Virus record (IMG/VR): IMGVR_UViG_3300032332_001535
Coordinates: 1-40,448 of that record
Direction: 5' to 3' (one strand)
From: a virus
Taxonomy: Duplodnaviria; Caudoviricetes
Length of the DNA stretch: 40,448 nt
Shown: positions 9,717 through 19,003 of the stretch, in pieces
Layout: each line of letters starts with the position of its first letter
Numbering within the stretch: the first letter of the stretch is position 1
Translations under genes and position numbers: made by a program
The notes under the pieces: model-generated
The model's input: only the letters and a program-made list of their open reading frames with translations
Database searches by the model: none
What the model was told of the DNA's origin: nothing

Positions 9717-11611
9717 TAGACGATATTCCTTCCAACCCTAAGGTTTTTAACAACAATGGGCCATGGGCTAGCCTCAGCAGGATTTTTAGATGTATCAACA
9801 AGAAATTTTTCTTGATTTAAATAAACATCGGTATTTCTTGTAAATTTAATTTTTACAAATCTGCCAAAAACCATATCAAATGTAAAAGCTGAGATGCCCC
9901 ATTTGTTTAAACTAGTTCCTTGATAATCTAATAATGTATGATTTGGATAAAGTGGATCAAACACAACTGGTTGATAAGTCCAAACGTTTTTAACTACCTT
10001 GGCCTTAGTTATATTTGCTGTTTGAGACGGATTGGCAATATTTCCTTGTACAGTAAATGATGATGTAGTTGGAGTACTTTTAATGGTAAATGTTCCATTG
10101 TAACAAGTTGCTCCGCTAACTTCTGTAATAGTAACAGAATCACCAGTTTGCAAATTATGAGCGCTTACAAATGTGTATGTATAAGTTGTGCTTCCTGCTT
10201 CACTACCACAGGCAATTGAAGAAAGATTGGGCAAAGATGTGTCTTGAATATCATCCGCATATGAAATTTCAATATCAATGGGGGCATTAAGTATTTCAAA
10301 TATCAAAAAATTTACACTCTGAGTACTGCCTAAATCAATTATTAAATAATCTTCGCCAGAAGTTTTTAATTCCGACATCCAAAACTTATCGCGCTGATAA
10401 GTAACCGTTGGAACATTATTAAGACTCAAATAATCAATTGGGTATTCATGATTAACAAAACTTGTGTTCGTATTTGCGTTTTGACGAGTAACAGAAATCG
10501 GTTCAGGGTAATCTGCTAATGCTTGATTGGCAGACCAGATGCCGCTATTAGAAAGGTTTTTTAAAGCAGAAAATTTAGTAATTAATGCCGAGTTGTTATT
10601 TAAACTACCAACAGCATATGACGAAGCAGTAACAAGGTTTGGTTTATAAAATCCTTGATAGTGTTGCTGAAAGTCATTATGATTTCTAGGAGCCTCTTTC
10701 TCAACATCTGCTTCAACCCAATAGATAGAATTAAAATCATTGCCAGATTGAGTCGGCCAATTAATATTACTATTTCCTGTAACAAATTTAGTGACTTGAT
10801 AAAATTCGCTACTAGCGGAAACTGATTTAATATCTATAGGGTGAGAATCTGCCTGTCCTAAACTTGTATTTAAAACAGTATTCATTGGTTTAAGGTTTTC
10901 AACGGCATCACGAAGTAGGCGCATAGTTTGCGCATCAACCTCTTTAAGATTTTCAGCGTTAGCAAAAACGTTTAATACTTCAGCGGTGCTATCTGATTTT
11001 AACTCTGAAGGAGCGGAGTCATTAGGAATAACTGTAAACTCTTCAGTGTTATAATATCCATTCCTATTTGCATTAATATTAAAATTATAATTTAATATTT
11101 GATCTGTATGCTGATTAAAAATATGTTGATAATTTTCAATAATTCTTGTATTGTAACCAAGTGCTGATTTAGCGGCTAATCTCATTCCCTCAACTGTTGG
11201 TCCCAATCGCGCAGCATGAAAATAATCAATCGCCCTTTGCCTATATGCTTCATCAAGAGATTTAATTAAAGCCCAAGAATCAGCGTCAAGAACATTTTTT
11301 GAACTCTCTAAATACGATTCATCAAAATTTCTTGCAAATCGAAATGGATTGCCGTACAATTTGTCAAGTTGATCAAAATTAAATCCGTGTTCTTCTAATT
11401 GAAGTCGTGCATAAAAATAATTTAATTTTAAAAAACTAACGCCAGCGGGACCAATTAAGGTATATAAAAATTTGTAAAGTCTAGAATCGGGCGAGGTGTT
11501 AAAAACTTCTTCAGGGAAGTTGTCTAGGTAGCTAACAATATTACCAGAGCTAGTTAATGCTTCAATTAAATACTGTTCGTCTACTAAGGCGTCATAGGTT
11601 GGTCTACTCAT
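9716..11611 (-). CDS. Baseplate wedge protein (P2 gpI/T4 gp7-like position) with accessory domains
   Basis: Immediately downstream of the baseplate J-like gene. DEAYRQRAIDYFHAARLGPTVEGMRLAAKSALG resembles the gpI-type motif. C-terminal discoidin-like GRFVKIKFTR. Confidence 0.7.
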   Translation of the reverse strand: MSRPTYDALVDEQYLIEALTSSGNIVSYLDNFPEEVFNTSPDSRLYKFLYTLIGPAGVSFLKLNYFYARLQLEEHGFNFDQLDKLYGNPFRFARNFDESYLESSKNVLDADSWALIKSLDEAYRQRAIDYFHAARLGPTVEGMRLAAKSALGYNTRIIENYQHIFNQHTDQILNYNFNINANRNGYYNTEEFTVIPNDSAPSELKSDSTAEVLNVFANAENLKEVDAQTMRLLRDAVENLKPMNTVLNTSLGQADSHPIDIKSVSASSEFYQVTKFVTGNSNINWPTQSGNDFNSIYWVEADVEKEAPRNHNDFQQHYQGFYKPNLVTASSYAVGSLNNNSALITKFSALKNLSNSGIWSANQALADYPEPISVTRQNANTNTSFVNHEYPIDYLSLNNVPTVTYQRDKFWMSELKTSGEDYLIIDLGSTQSVNFLIFEILNAPIDIEISYADDIQDTSLPNLSSIACGSEAGSTTYTYTFVSAHNLQTGDSVTITEVSGATCYNGTFTIKSTPTTSSFTVQGNIANPSQTANITKAKVVKNVWTYQPVVFDPLYPNHTLLDYQGTSLNKWGISAFTFDMVFGRFVKIKFTRNTDVYLNQEKFLVDTSKNPAEASPWPIVVKNLRVGRNIV

Positions 11612-14600
11612 AATATGTTATTCCAAGTGTTTTGAGATTTGACCCTAATAGTCATAACTGATGATATGTCGGTAACTCCGTTTGATAACACCCCTTCCGG
11701 AAGAGCAACAAGTTCGTTATCACCAATTTGAAAATCTTCATTGTACGCGCCAGAACCAGTGTTAATGTTTATACCCACAATTGACAATTTATCCTTGGCA
11801 GTTTTATTATTATATGTAATTGTAATTGGATGGTTGAATGATGGAGAAACAGTAAAATTGGCAACACTTGACGCAGTAACTAATGAATAATTACTGTTAA
11901 GTTTAGCTGTAAGTGCAATTTTATTTACAGTGTCAACAACCCAAAATGCTGTACTAGTAGAGGGATCTTTTCCAAGGTTGTTATCAACAAGTGATTTATA
12001 ATATTTATCTCCATATAACACGATGTCATTCATTGAATAACTAAAATCTTTTGAATAAAATTGAACTTGAAAATCATCAAATTCAATAACTTCTGGTTCA
12101 TTTTGACCGTATTGAATTTGAAAATTACTTACAACATAATTTTGATTTAAATCGGTTAACGCTTTGTTAATTGTCGGCGGTAATCCGGGGGTTAAAGCAA
12201 TAGAACCATCATCAATGTATGAAAGTTCATCGTAAACTTCATCTAGTAAAAGACTTCCGCTGGTCCATGAATCAGATGTATTACGATAAATTTTGTAACC
12301 AGTTGCCCCATCAACAATATTCCAAGTTAATTTAATTGAGCTATTACTCGCCGCTGGAGTTTTTGTAACAGAGGTTGATGCAGTAGTTTCGCCATGTCCA
12401 TTAATCGCGGTAATTTTATAATAATAAGCTATATTTGATAAACCAGTTGTTCCGCTCGCATTTACGCCGTAATCGCTTGCAACCAAATTGGTTGGAGCGC
12501 TGAGCGCAGTTGAACTTTGTTTTGGCAGATACGGAAGATAAAGTTGATATTGTGTTGCAGTAATGCCGTCTCCAATGTTAACTAAATCAAGTACTGGTTT
12601 ACTAATTGGATCGCCGTACTTATTAGTTTCAACTAACCTAACCCGTGAATTATCAGTGTCATCTTGTTCCCTGTTAAGTTGCTCTAATACATCTTTGGAC
12701 CAACGTACATTATCCACTCCACCAACATTGTGAATGGTTTGAATAATGTCTGACAATTGAATTTCGTTTCCAAAATAAACATTGTCAAAATATCTAGTTA
12801 AAGCAAGTCGAATTGATTCGTTAACAGATGCCTTGTTAGCTCCAATTGAATACATTATAGTAATGTCGGGTTTAAAATACCTGACCATGGCTTTGTGAGC
12901 AAGGACATCGGTGGTCACCTGCTTATTAGTTTCTAGTAAAGATTGAAGCGTGACAATATTGCTATCGTATTGATAATTGTTAATATCAATAGATGGATCA
13001 ATAGTTGTTAACAACAATGCAATAGTAGAATCGGCTACATGCGAATTTACGTAACTGCCATTAGACGCCCTCTCTTGAATTTGAAGTAGCGAGCTTGGTT
13101 TATTTGGAGGCAAAGAATATTTGATTTGTTCTGAATCTATGAGAAGGTAATCATTGTTAGGAAATTGTTTTGTTGTAGTTGATGCAACTTCCATTAAAAC
13201 GCTTACTGTTGCGCCAGAGGCAGTGATGGCAGCAGCGGTAGTTCCAAATTGCCCTCTACCGGTGACAGTAAATGTATTTGACGCCTTTGCACTGTAACTA
13301 ATAATTTCACTGCCAATTAAAATATATCCTGAGGCTGGAAATGGATCAGTTGAAGTAACTTTGATTGCAGTTGAGTTAGTAGCTGCTATGGTAACCAAAG
13401 TCACTTTGCCCGTATTAGCGTCTCCGGTCAAAGTTCCAGTTATACTGTACTTAATTGTACTACCAGTAGTTCCGCTAGTACAAACCGCTGAAGTTAAATT
13501 AAGTGCTGTACTTCCTGTAATTCCACTAATGCTAATTGTGTCGCCAACCTTTAAATTATGAGCGGCTGAGGTTGTTAACGTGGCGGTGCCGTCGGTTGCT
13601 GACGAAGTTGATACCGATATTTGATTACCGGAATCAGAAGCATTGGTAGTTGTTGATACGGCGGAAGAGTTTGGCAATGCGGTTGCCAATGTAGCCATTG
13701 ATAGAGAGCTATTATTAATATATGGACCTGTGTATGGGCCGCCGCTAGTATCTCCTGAACCAACAGAAGGAATGGTCGCAGACCACTCAATGCCATTTCT
13801 TGCCCTTATTGTTCCATTCAAATCGGTTACCTCTTCTACTAACCAGTAATGCTCATCTTTGTTAAAAGTTCCGTTACTTAAACTAATTTGATTTGGCAAA
13901 TCAATAACTGGTTGATGATACAATGGGGTAAATATGTTGTTTTTAATAGGTCGCCTGCCCGGTTCACCCATTCTTCTATAATTATCAATGTAAAATGCGC
14001 TAGTTGTATCATCAGTAAATTTAAATGTTGGAACGGAGCTTCCGGGGCGAGGAATGGTTACATTAGCAACCGTTGCGTCTTCTCCATTAACATAAACATC
14101 GACACAATTTAAAATGTTTCGATCATAATCGTTGCGAGAAGCAGTAGACATATAAGAGTGTTCAAACAAAAGAACGTCGCCCGGAGCAATCGCATTACTT
14201 GGACGAGTGTTAACATTACCTATGTAAACATTAGTAAATGTTACATTGGGTTGATATAGTACTGGAGACGCAGTTGAAGTAGGATCAATCGTTCCAATAT
14301 AACGAGCGGCGTCACCTTTGTTTTTATCTTGAGGTAAAATGTTTAAAAAGTAATCATAGCCGGAAGTGTAGTAAATTGGCGACAAGCCTGAATCATTAGC
14401 AATAAAATATGGCAAATTGTCATAAATATGCTTTGAATTATTATTGTTTGATAAATTAGTTGTAAATTGATGAATTTTATCAGATGGTCCATTGCCCCCC
14501 GATGTTGCATCAGAAACACTGGGGACTTGAATGTATTCACTATACTTAGAAATTGGACCAACAACGTTTGCTTTTTTTGATTTAGTTGAAAGCGCAAGTG

Positions 14601-15225
14601 ATAAGAATTGATCTTTGGTGCCAGCAAGATTTCTGAAAGGACCGGCAGTAGTAAACCTTGCTTTAAGTTCAGTGTCTGATTCGCTATCTGTTCCGCCAGT
14701 AATTGGGTATTCGTTATTTACCGCAGTAATGCCGTAAATCGGCGCTCCAACTGTCTCCGTAATGGTATTAGCGGCAACATTACCAATGGTTCCACCTTGA
14801 ATGGCTTCAATAGGGGCGATGACCTCAGTGGTCCCGGCCTGCAATGTTACAGTTGTGGTAGTTCTAAATACTACACTTGTATTTCCGTCGCCACCATCAG
14901 GAGTAAAAATTGTGGTACCAGATCGAATAATTACTGGATTTGTTGTAGTGGTTTCTCTTGAAAACGTTACATAACCCGTTGCGCGGTTACCAGCTTGACG
15001 ACCAAACCCAAGGATAGCCAACATGTTGTCAAGATCTGATCCAAATTTTGCATCAATATCAAATGCCCCATTTAACACATTAAGATCAACTTGAGCATCG
15101 GCTATTGCCTGCGCAACGGTATCAATAATTCTCCGCTCTGGAGTTCCCGTTTCGGCAGACATAGAGGGATCAAGCGCCCTCAATTGAGTAATCATACTTT
15201 GTGAAATTTGATTTTGTGTAGCCAT
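11608..15225 (-). CDS. Baseplate J-like wedge protein with inserted accessory domains
   Basis: RATGYVTFSR...VIIRSGT...IEAIQGGTIGNVAANTI...VNNEYPITGGTDSESDTELKAR is the Baseplate_J signature. C-terminal SDIIQTIHNVGGVDNV. FN3-like insert near 12200-12505. Confidence 0.9.
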   Translation of the reverse strand: MATQNQISQSMITQLRALDPSMSAETGTPERRIIDTVAQAIADAQVDLNVLNGAFDIDAKFGSDLDNMLAILGFGRQAGNRATGYVTFSRETTTTNPVIIRSGTTIFTPDGGDGNTSVVFRTTTTVTLQAGTTEVIAPIEAIQGGTIGNVAANTITETVGAPIYGITAVNNEYPITGGTDSESDTELKARFTTAGPFRNLAGTKDQFLSLALSTKSKKANVVGPISKYSEYIQVPSVSDATSGGNGPSDKIHQFTTNLSNNNNSKHIYDNLPYFIANDSGLSPIYYTSGYDYFLNILPQDKNKGDAARYIGTIDPTSTASPVLYQPNVTFTNVYIGNVNTRPSNAIAPGDVLLFEHSYMSTASRNDYDRNILNCVDVYVNGEDATVANVTIPRPGSSVPTFKFTDDTTSAFYIDNYRRMGEPGRRPIKNNIFTPLYHQPVIDLPNQISLSNGTFNKDEHYWLVEEVTDLNGTIRARNGIEWSATIPSVGSGDTSGGPYTGPYINNSSLSMATLATALPNSSAVSTTTNASDSGNQISVSTSSATDGTATLTTSAAHNLKVGDTISISGITGSTALNLTSAVCTSGTTGSTIKYSITGTLTGDANTGKVTLVTIAATNSTAIKVTSTDPFPASGYILIGSEIISYSAKASNTFTVTGRGQFGTTAAAITASGATVSVLMEVASTTTKQFPNNDYLLIDSEQIKYSLPPNKPSSLLQIQERASNGSYVNSHVADSTIALLLTTIDPSIDINNYQYDSNIVTLQSLLETNKQVTTDVLAHKAMVRYFKPDITIMYSIGANKASVNESIRLALTRYFDNVYFGNEIQLSDIIQTIHNVGGVDNVRWSKDVLEQLNREQDDTDNSRVRLVETNKYGDPISKPVLDLVNIGDGITATQYQLYLPYLPKQSSTALSAPTNLVASDYGVNASGTTGLSNIAYYYKITAINGHGETTASTSVTKTPAASNSSIKLTWNIVDGATGYKIYRNTSDSWTSGSLLLDEVYDELSYIDDGSIALTPGLPPTINKALTDLNQNYVVSNFQIQYGQNEPEVIEFDDFQVQFYSKDFSYSMNDIVLYGDKYYKSLVDNNLGKDPSTSTAFWVVDTVNKIALTAKLNSNYSLVTASSVANFTVSPSFNHPITITYNNKTAKDKLSIVGININTGSGAYNEDFQIGDNELVALPEGVLSNGVTDISSVMTIRVKSQNTWNNIL

Positions 15226-15226
15226 A

Positions 15227-15676
15227 TTATAAGGAAAGTGATAGTTTTATTGGATAAGCTTCGGGGTTTGCTTTTGCAGTTGTAAAATTAATTTCAACAT
15301 TTGCAGCAGTTAAATTTTGTTCTAATTTAGTAATTTGAAAATCCATTACTACTTCTCTGGCAGTCAAAGTTGCTTTACCAAATGACATTTTATCTACTTT
15401 GGCTCTGGACAATTGACGAGCTTTATAACGATTTACAACTGCTGCTATCTCTGTTTCAATTTGTAAATGTAAATCGTCTAACGAATTTGGCGTAGTTCCT
15501 ATGATTTTGTTTTCTAAACTACTGCCATAATTTTCATTAAATCGATTAGATCCTCTTTTTTCAAGTAATTCGCATTTAATGTCCTGCATTAATTTTTGTT
15601 CATTGGCAACTTTGGCAAGACCCTTGCTGCCAAGGGCTAAATCACCATCTTCTGTTAATCCTATACTCCAAGTCAT
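15227..15676 (-). CDS. gp25/gpW-like baseplate wedge (sheath initiator) protein
   Basis: 149 aa. GDLAL...KLMQDIKCELLEKRGSNRFNENYGSSL is a GPW_gp25-like pattern. It lies directly upstream of baseplate J. Confidence 0.8.
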   Translation of the reverse strand: MTWSIGLTEDGDLALGSKGLAKVANEQKLMQDIKCELLEKRGSNRFNENYGSSLENKIIGTTPNSLDDLHLQIETEIAAVVNRYKARQLSRAKVDKMSFGKATLTAREVVMDFQITKLEQNLTAANVEINFTTAKANPEAYPIKLSLSL

Positions 15677-15731
15677 ATCTATATATTAACTGTGCGGAAT
15701 TGACGTATGTAGAGTTTTGTATTAAACAAAG

Positions 15732-17456
15732 CTAGGGGGTTATCATTATTAATGGTCCTAATGCCGAGCTTGCTCCAATTATACTTGCCGGAGTGGCACC
15801 TGCGGAAGCAGATGCCGCGTAAAAATCAGTTGCACTTAATGCAAGCCCTGTTCCCATCCATTGCTGTCCGCCCGGATAACTTGATGCATAAAACGTAGGA
15901 GCAGTTCCGCCAGCGCCAGAGGGAGTGTAGTATCCAATCCAATGAACAGCTCCAGCGCTTAATGAAGCGGTTTTGCCACCAGTTAAATTAAATACTGCGG
16001 TTTTCAATCCAGCTCCACCGCTCATAGTAATAGTACCCGTAGACACGGTTGTAACAAAATCGCTTGCAACAATGTAATTTCCGGAAGAATCATAAATTCT
16101 TACTACACCGTTGTAAGTACTGTTAGACGAAACGGTATTATATAAAGTTACAGTTGATGTTCCGGTCAATGTAATATTTTGAAATGGAGTAAATTTACTG
16201 TAATAAGTAAACCCCGGACTTGGAGTTATAGTACTCCAATAAAAAAATTCTGGAGTTCTTCCTGAACAAAAAAATGAAGAGGTTCTATTATTATTAAATC
16301 TATCAACATAATTTTTAGTAGCGGCATCTTGAGCGGCAGTCGGATCTGTAACATTTGTAATTTTTTGAGTGCCCATATTGAGAGCCTGAGCTTGAGTGCC
16401 AAGACTTGTCAATGAAGAGTTGACTACTGTTGATTTAAGAGTTGTATTTGTTAAAGTGTTTGCATCGGCGGTTATAGTATTTCCAGTACTACCAGTAGTA
16501 ATGTTCGCTCCATTAATTTGAGTTACGCCCGCATTGGGTAAATCTCCTGCCACTAATGATCTAAATAATGGGGCACCAGTGCTACCAGAACCGGGTCCCG
16601 CAAATACAGTATTAATAGCAGCAGTTGCAGCGCCAGTTCCACCATTTGTAATTGCAACTTGACCTGACAATTGACCAACGCCAATTGTTTTATTAGTTAA
16701 TGTTTGCGATCCATCAATTGTGACAATATCGCCAGAAGTGGTGCCCCCCTTAGTAATCCCAATTGTAGGATTTGCAGTAGTTCCACCTACAACTGTAATG
16801 GGCGAACCGCTAGTTGGAGAAATGCTTTGAATTACACCAGCGGCTCCAGCGGCTCCTGTAGCTCCTGTAGCACCGGTACTGCCCTGAGGACCAATTAAAC
16901 TGGTTCCAGAGGGCCAAGAACCGCTTGCCTTAGGTCCATAAATATAATTTACGCTTGTATCAATATAAAAATCTCCATTGGAACCAGTTGAACTAGATGG
17001 AACGCCAGAACCATATCTAATTGTATTTGCGGTTCCTGTACTTGTACCACCCGTACCTCCAGTTTGATCAATTGGCCCCCAAACACCATCTTGATAACCA
17101 ATAACTTGACCAGATGTTGCTTTAGAATCATCAACAATAATGATTGATTTACCAGTAGGAGTTTTAATAACTTCAGCCGCAACTTTAGCTTCTCCCGGAG
17201 CTAAATGGATTACCTTAGTATCATCAGCATTATCAAATTTGTTATCAAGTTTCCAATAACCTCCGTCTTGACGAACGATCCAGTATTCGCCTTCTTTGGG
17301 CCAAACAAAAAATGATGGAACGTCAAATAGTGAAATTTGAATATTACCTCCGTCTTTTAACTGCGCTTCAATTTTACGTGTGTCTGTACGAACTGTTGTA
17401 ATTCGTACAAATTGTCTAGGACCAAAGGCGGGATTAATGTGATTTCTAATTGTCAT
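15732..17456 (-). CDS. Central spike/tail fibre protein (N-terminal OB-fold-like domain, short collagen repeat, fibre-like C-terminus)
   Basis: It lies between the hub and gp25. VWPKEGEYWIV resembles the gpV/gp5 OB-fold P..G+.V motif. GPQGSTGATGATGAAGAAG is a G-X-Y repeat. KITNVTDPTAAQDAATKNYVD is a YadA-stalk-like trimer motif. Confidence 0.7.
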   Translation of the reverse strand: MTIRNHINPAFGPRQFVRITTVRTDTRKIEAQLKDGGNIQISLFDVPSFFVWPKEGEYWIVRQDGGYWKLDNKFDNADDTKVIHLAPGEAKVAAEVIKTPTGKSIIIVDDSKATSGQVIGYQDGVWGPIDQTGGTGGTSTGTANTIRYGSGVPSSSTGSNGDFYIDTSVNYIYGPKASGSWPSGTSLIGPQGSTGATGATGAAGAAGVIQSISPTSGSPITVVGGTTANPTIGITKGGTTSGDIVTIDGSQTLTNKTIGVGQLSGQVAITNGGTGAATAAINTVFAGPGSGSTGAPLFRSLVAGDLPNAGVTQINGANITTGSTGNTITADANTLTNTTLKSTVVNSSLTSLGTQAQALNMGTQKITNVTDPTAAQDAATKNYVDRFNNNRTSSFFCSGRTPEFFYWSTITPSPGFTYYSKFTPFQNITLTGTSTVTLYNTVSSNSTYNGVVRIYDSSGNYIVASDFVTTVSTGTITMSGGAGLKTAVFNLTGGKTASLSAGAVHWIGYYTPSGAGGTAPTFYASSYPGGQQWMGTGLALSATDFYAASASAGATPASIIGASSALGPLIMITP

Positions 17457-17459
17457 TAA

Positions 17460-18950
17460 TTATTTTTTCTTATCAGCTTCAGATGGATCTTTGTCAGTGG
17501 CATTTGAAAATGTGCCAACGGGATCCGTAGTAGGCCAAGACCTAATCATTCCCGCATGAACCCAAGCTTTATCTGGATCCGCCGCAGTACCGTCTGTATT
17601 TTTGTATGCCGAGGGGGCCATTAACTCTGCTGTAGTAGTAAAACCGTTTTCATATGAGCAATTGTGAGTCACAGAGTTAACATAACATTGCAAACCGTGT
17701 TCTGGAAAAGCTACAATGCCTCCGGGAAAAAGCTCAGGCATGAATGTAAATTGAAATTGTGTTTTAAATTGCCCAGACCAGTAAAGACAAAACTTTTGAT
17801 ATGCCAAAAACGCTTCATAAATTGGTGCCCTAACCATTGCGGCTTCTTCGTAATGAGGCCTTGCTCCATATTTTCTCAAAAAATTAATTGCGTCTTCTTT
17901 TTTAGCAAGCGTTGGGTATTTTTTAGGATCAACTGCTTTAAGATCTCCTTTTACATCTACCCCATTAAGGAAATCTGCCATAAACGCATTAAATACATTA
18001 ACCACTCCGCCGGTATTTAATCGATCTTCAAAACCTACGCTACCACTACCAGTGTCTGCTCCAGACGGCGCACCAGCAATGTCTCCAATTACATAAACGT
18101 GAGTATACAATTGATCATCTGAAAGCTCAATACTTCCGCTAATAATTTCAATGTCCTCAATAAGCCAATAAGCAGTTTTTCCTAAACCGCCAAAGTAATC
18201 TGGGTAAAAAGCAAAGAAATCACCATTTGGAGTAGACATAAATTGTCTTAAACAGGCCATGGACAATTGTTGAATAAAAGGCATAAGTGGAGTGTCATTC
18301 ATCAAACTCCTTTGACCAGTTAAAGAGTTTGACTCCATGGTGTTAACAAATCCGGGCATGGAAAAGAATGTTGAAAATGCCGCAGCCTTGGCGATAGCTC
18401 CAACATCAACGGCATCTCCGCCGGGTTGAACTACTGCGTCTGTTGGAGTACCAGTAGAATCATTAGCAACCGGATTACCATTTTCGTCTGCATTACCAAG
18501 TGAAAAATCTACAAATTTTCTTGGAGAAATTGTTCCGTTTGTTGTGACCGTAATATCAGTAGGGCCGTCTGGGTTCATAACGACGCGAACTTTAGTGTCT
18601 TCGGTTTGTCCTACTTCCGTGCCCTTTTCAACCTGCCTAGGTAATTTATTAAGATCGTAATTATCTGCAATCGGTCCAAAAGTCATTCGGTCATTTTCTT
18701 TAAAAATGCCAATGGTTTCTTTAAATTTAAGAATTACCGTTTTTTCGTTTGCAGAATTTATTTGCCAAGTTACTTCTGATTTAACCGGAGCGTTAATATG
18801 AATTTTGCCACCGCCACCGTTTGCATAGATTTGACTTTTTATAACCCCATGGGCTTCATTTTGACTTCCATATTCAGTAATTGTGTGCAGACCAAAATCG
18901 GTTGCGGTTGGAAATATTGGGGATGGTTTTTTAGCTTGTGATCCGGGCAT
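17460..18950 (-). CDS. Baseplate hub C-terminal half with an N-terminal degenerate M23-like domain
   Basis: LMNDTPLMPFIQQL...LRQFMSTPNGDFFAFYPDYFG...IEDIEI...SDDQLYTHVYVIG...FMPELFPGGIVAF...YVNSVTH...GFTTTAEL is the C-terminal part of a gp27/gpD-type hub. It has its own SD (AAAGGT) upstream. Confidence 0.75.
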   Translation of the reverse strand: MPGSQAKKPSPIFPTATDFGLHTITEYGSQNEAHGVIKSQIYANGGGGKIHINAPVKSEVTWQINSANEKTVILKFKETIGIFKENDRMTFGPIADNYDLNKLPRQVEKGTEVGQTEDTKVRVVMNPDGPTDITVTTNGTISPRKFVDFSLGNADENGNPVANDSTGTPTDAVVQPGGDAVDVGAIAKAAAFSTFFSMPGFVNTMESNSLTGQRSLMNDTPLMPFIQQLSMACLRQFMSTPNGDFFAFYPDYFGGLGKTAYWLIEDIEIISGSIELSDDQLYTHVYVIGDIAGAPSGADTGSGSVGFEDRLNTGGVVNVFNAFMADFLNGVDVKGDLKAVDPKKYPTLAKKEDAINFLRKYGARPHYEEAAMVRAPIYEAFLAYQKFCLYWSGQFKTQFQFTFMPELFPGGIVAFPEHGLQCYVNSVTHNCSYENGFTTTAELMAPSAYKNTDGTAADPDKAWVHAGMIRSWPTTDPVGTFSNATDKDPSEADKKK

Positions 18951-19003
18951 GATGAACTACCTTTACTTGTCTTTTATTAATTGAGCGATGTTTAAGCATT
19001 TGA

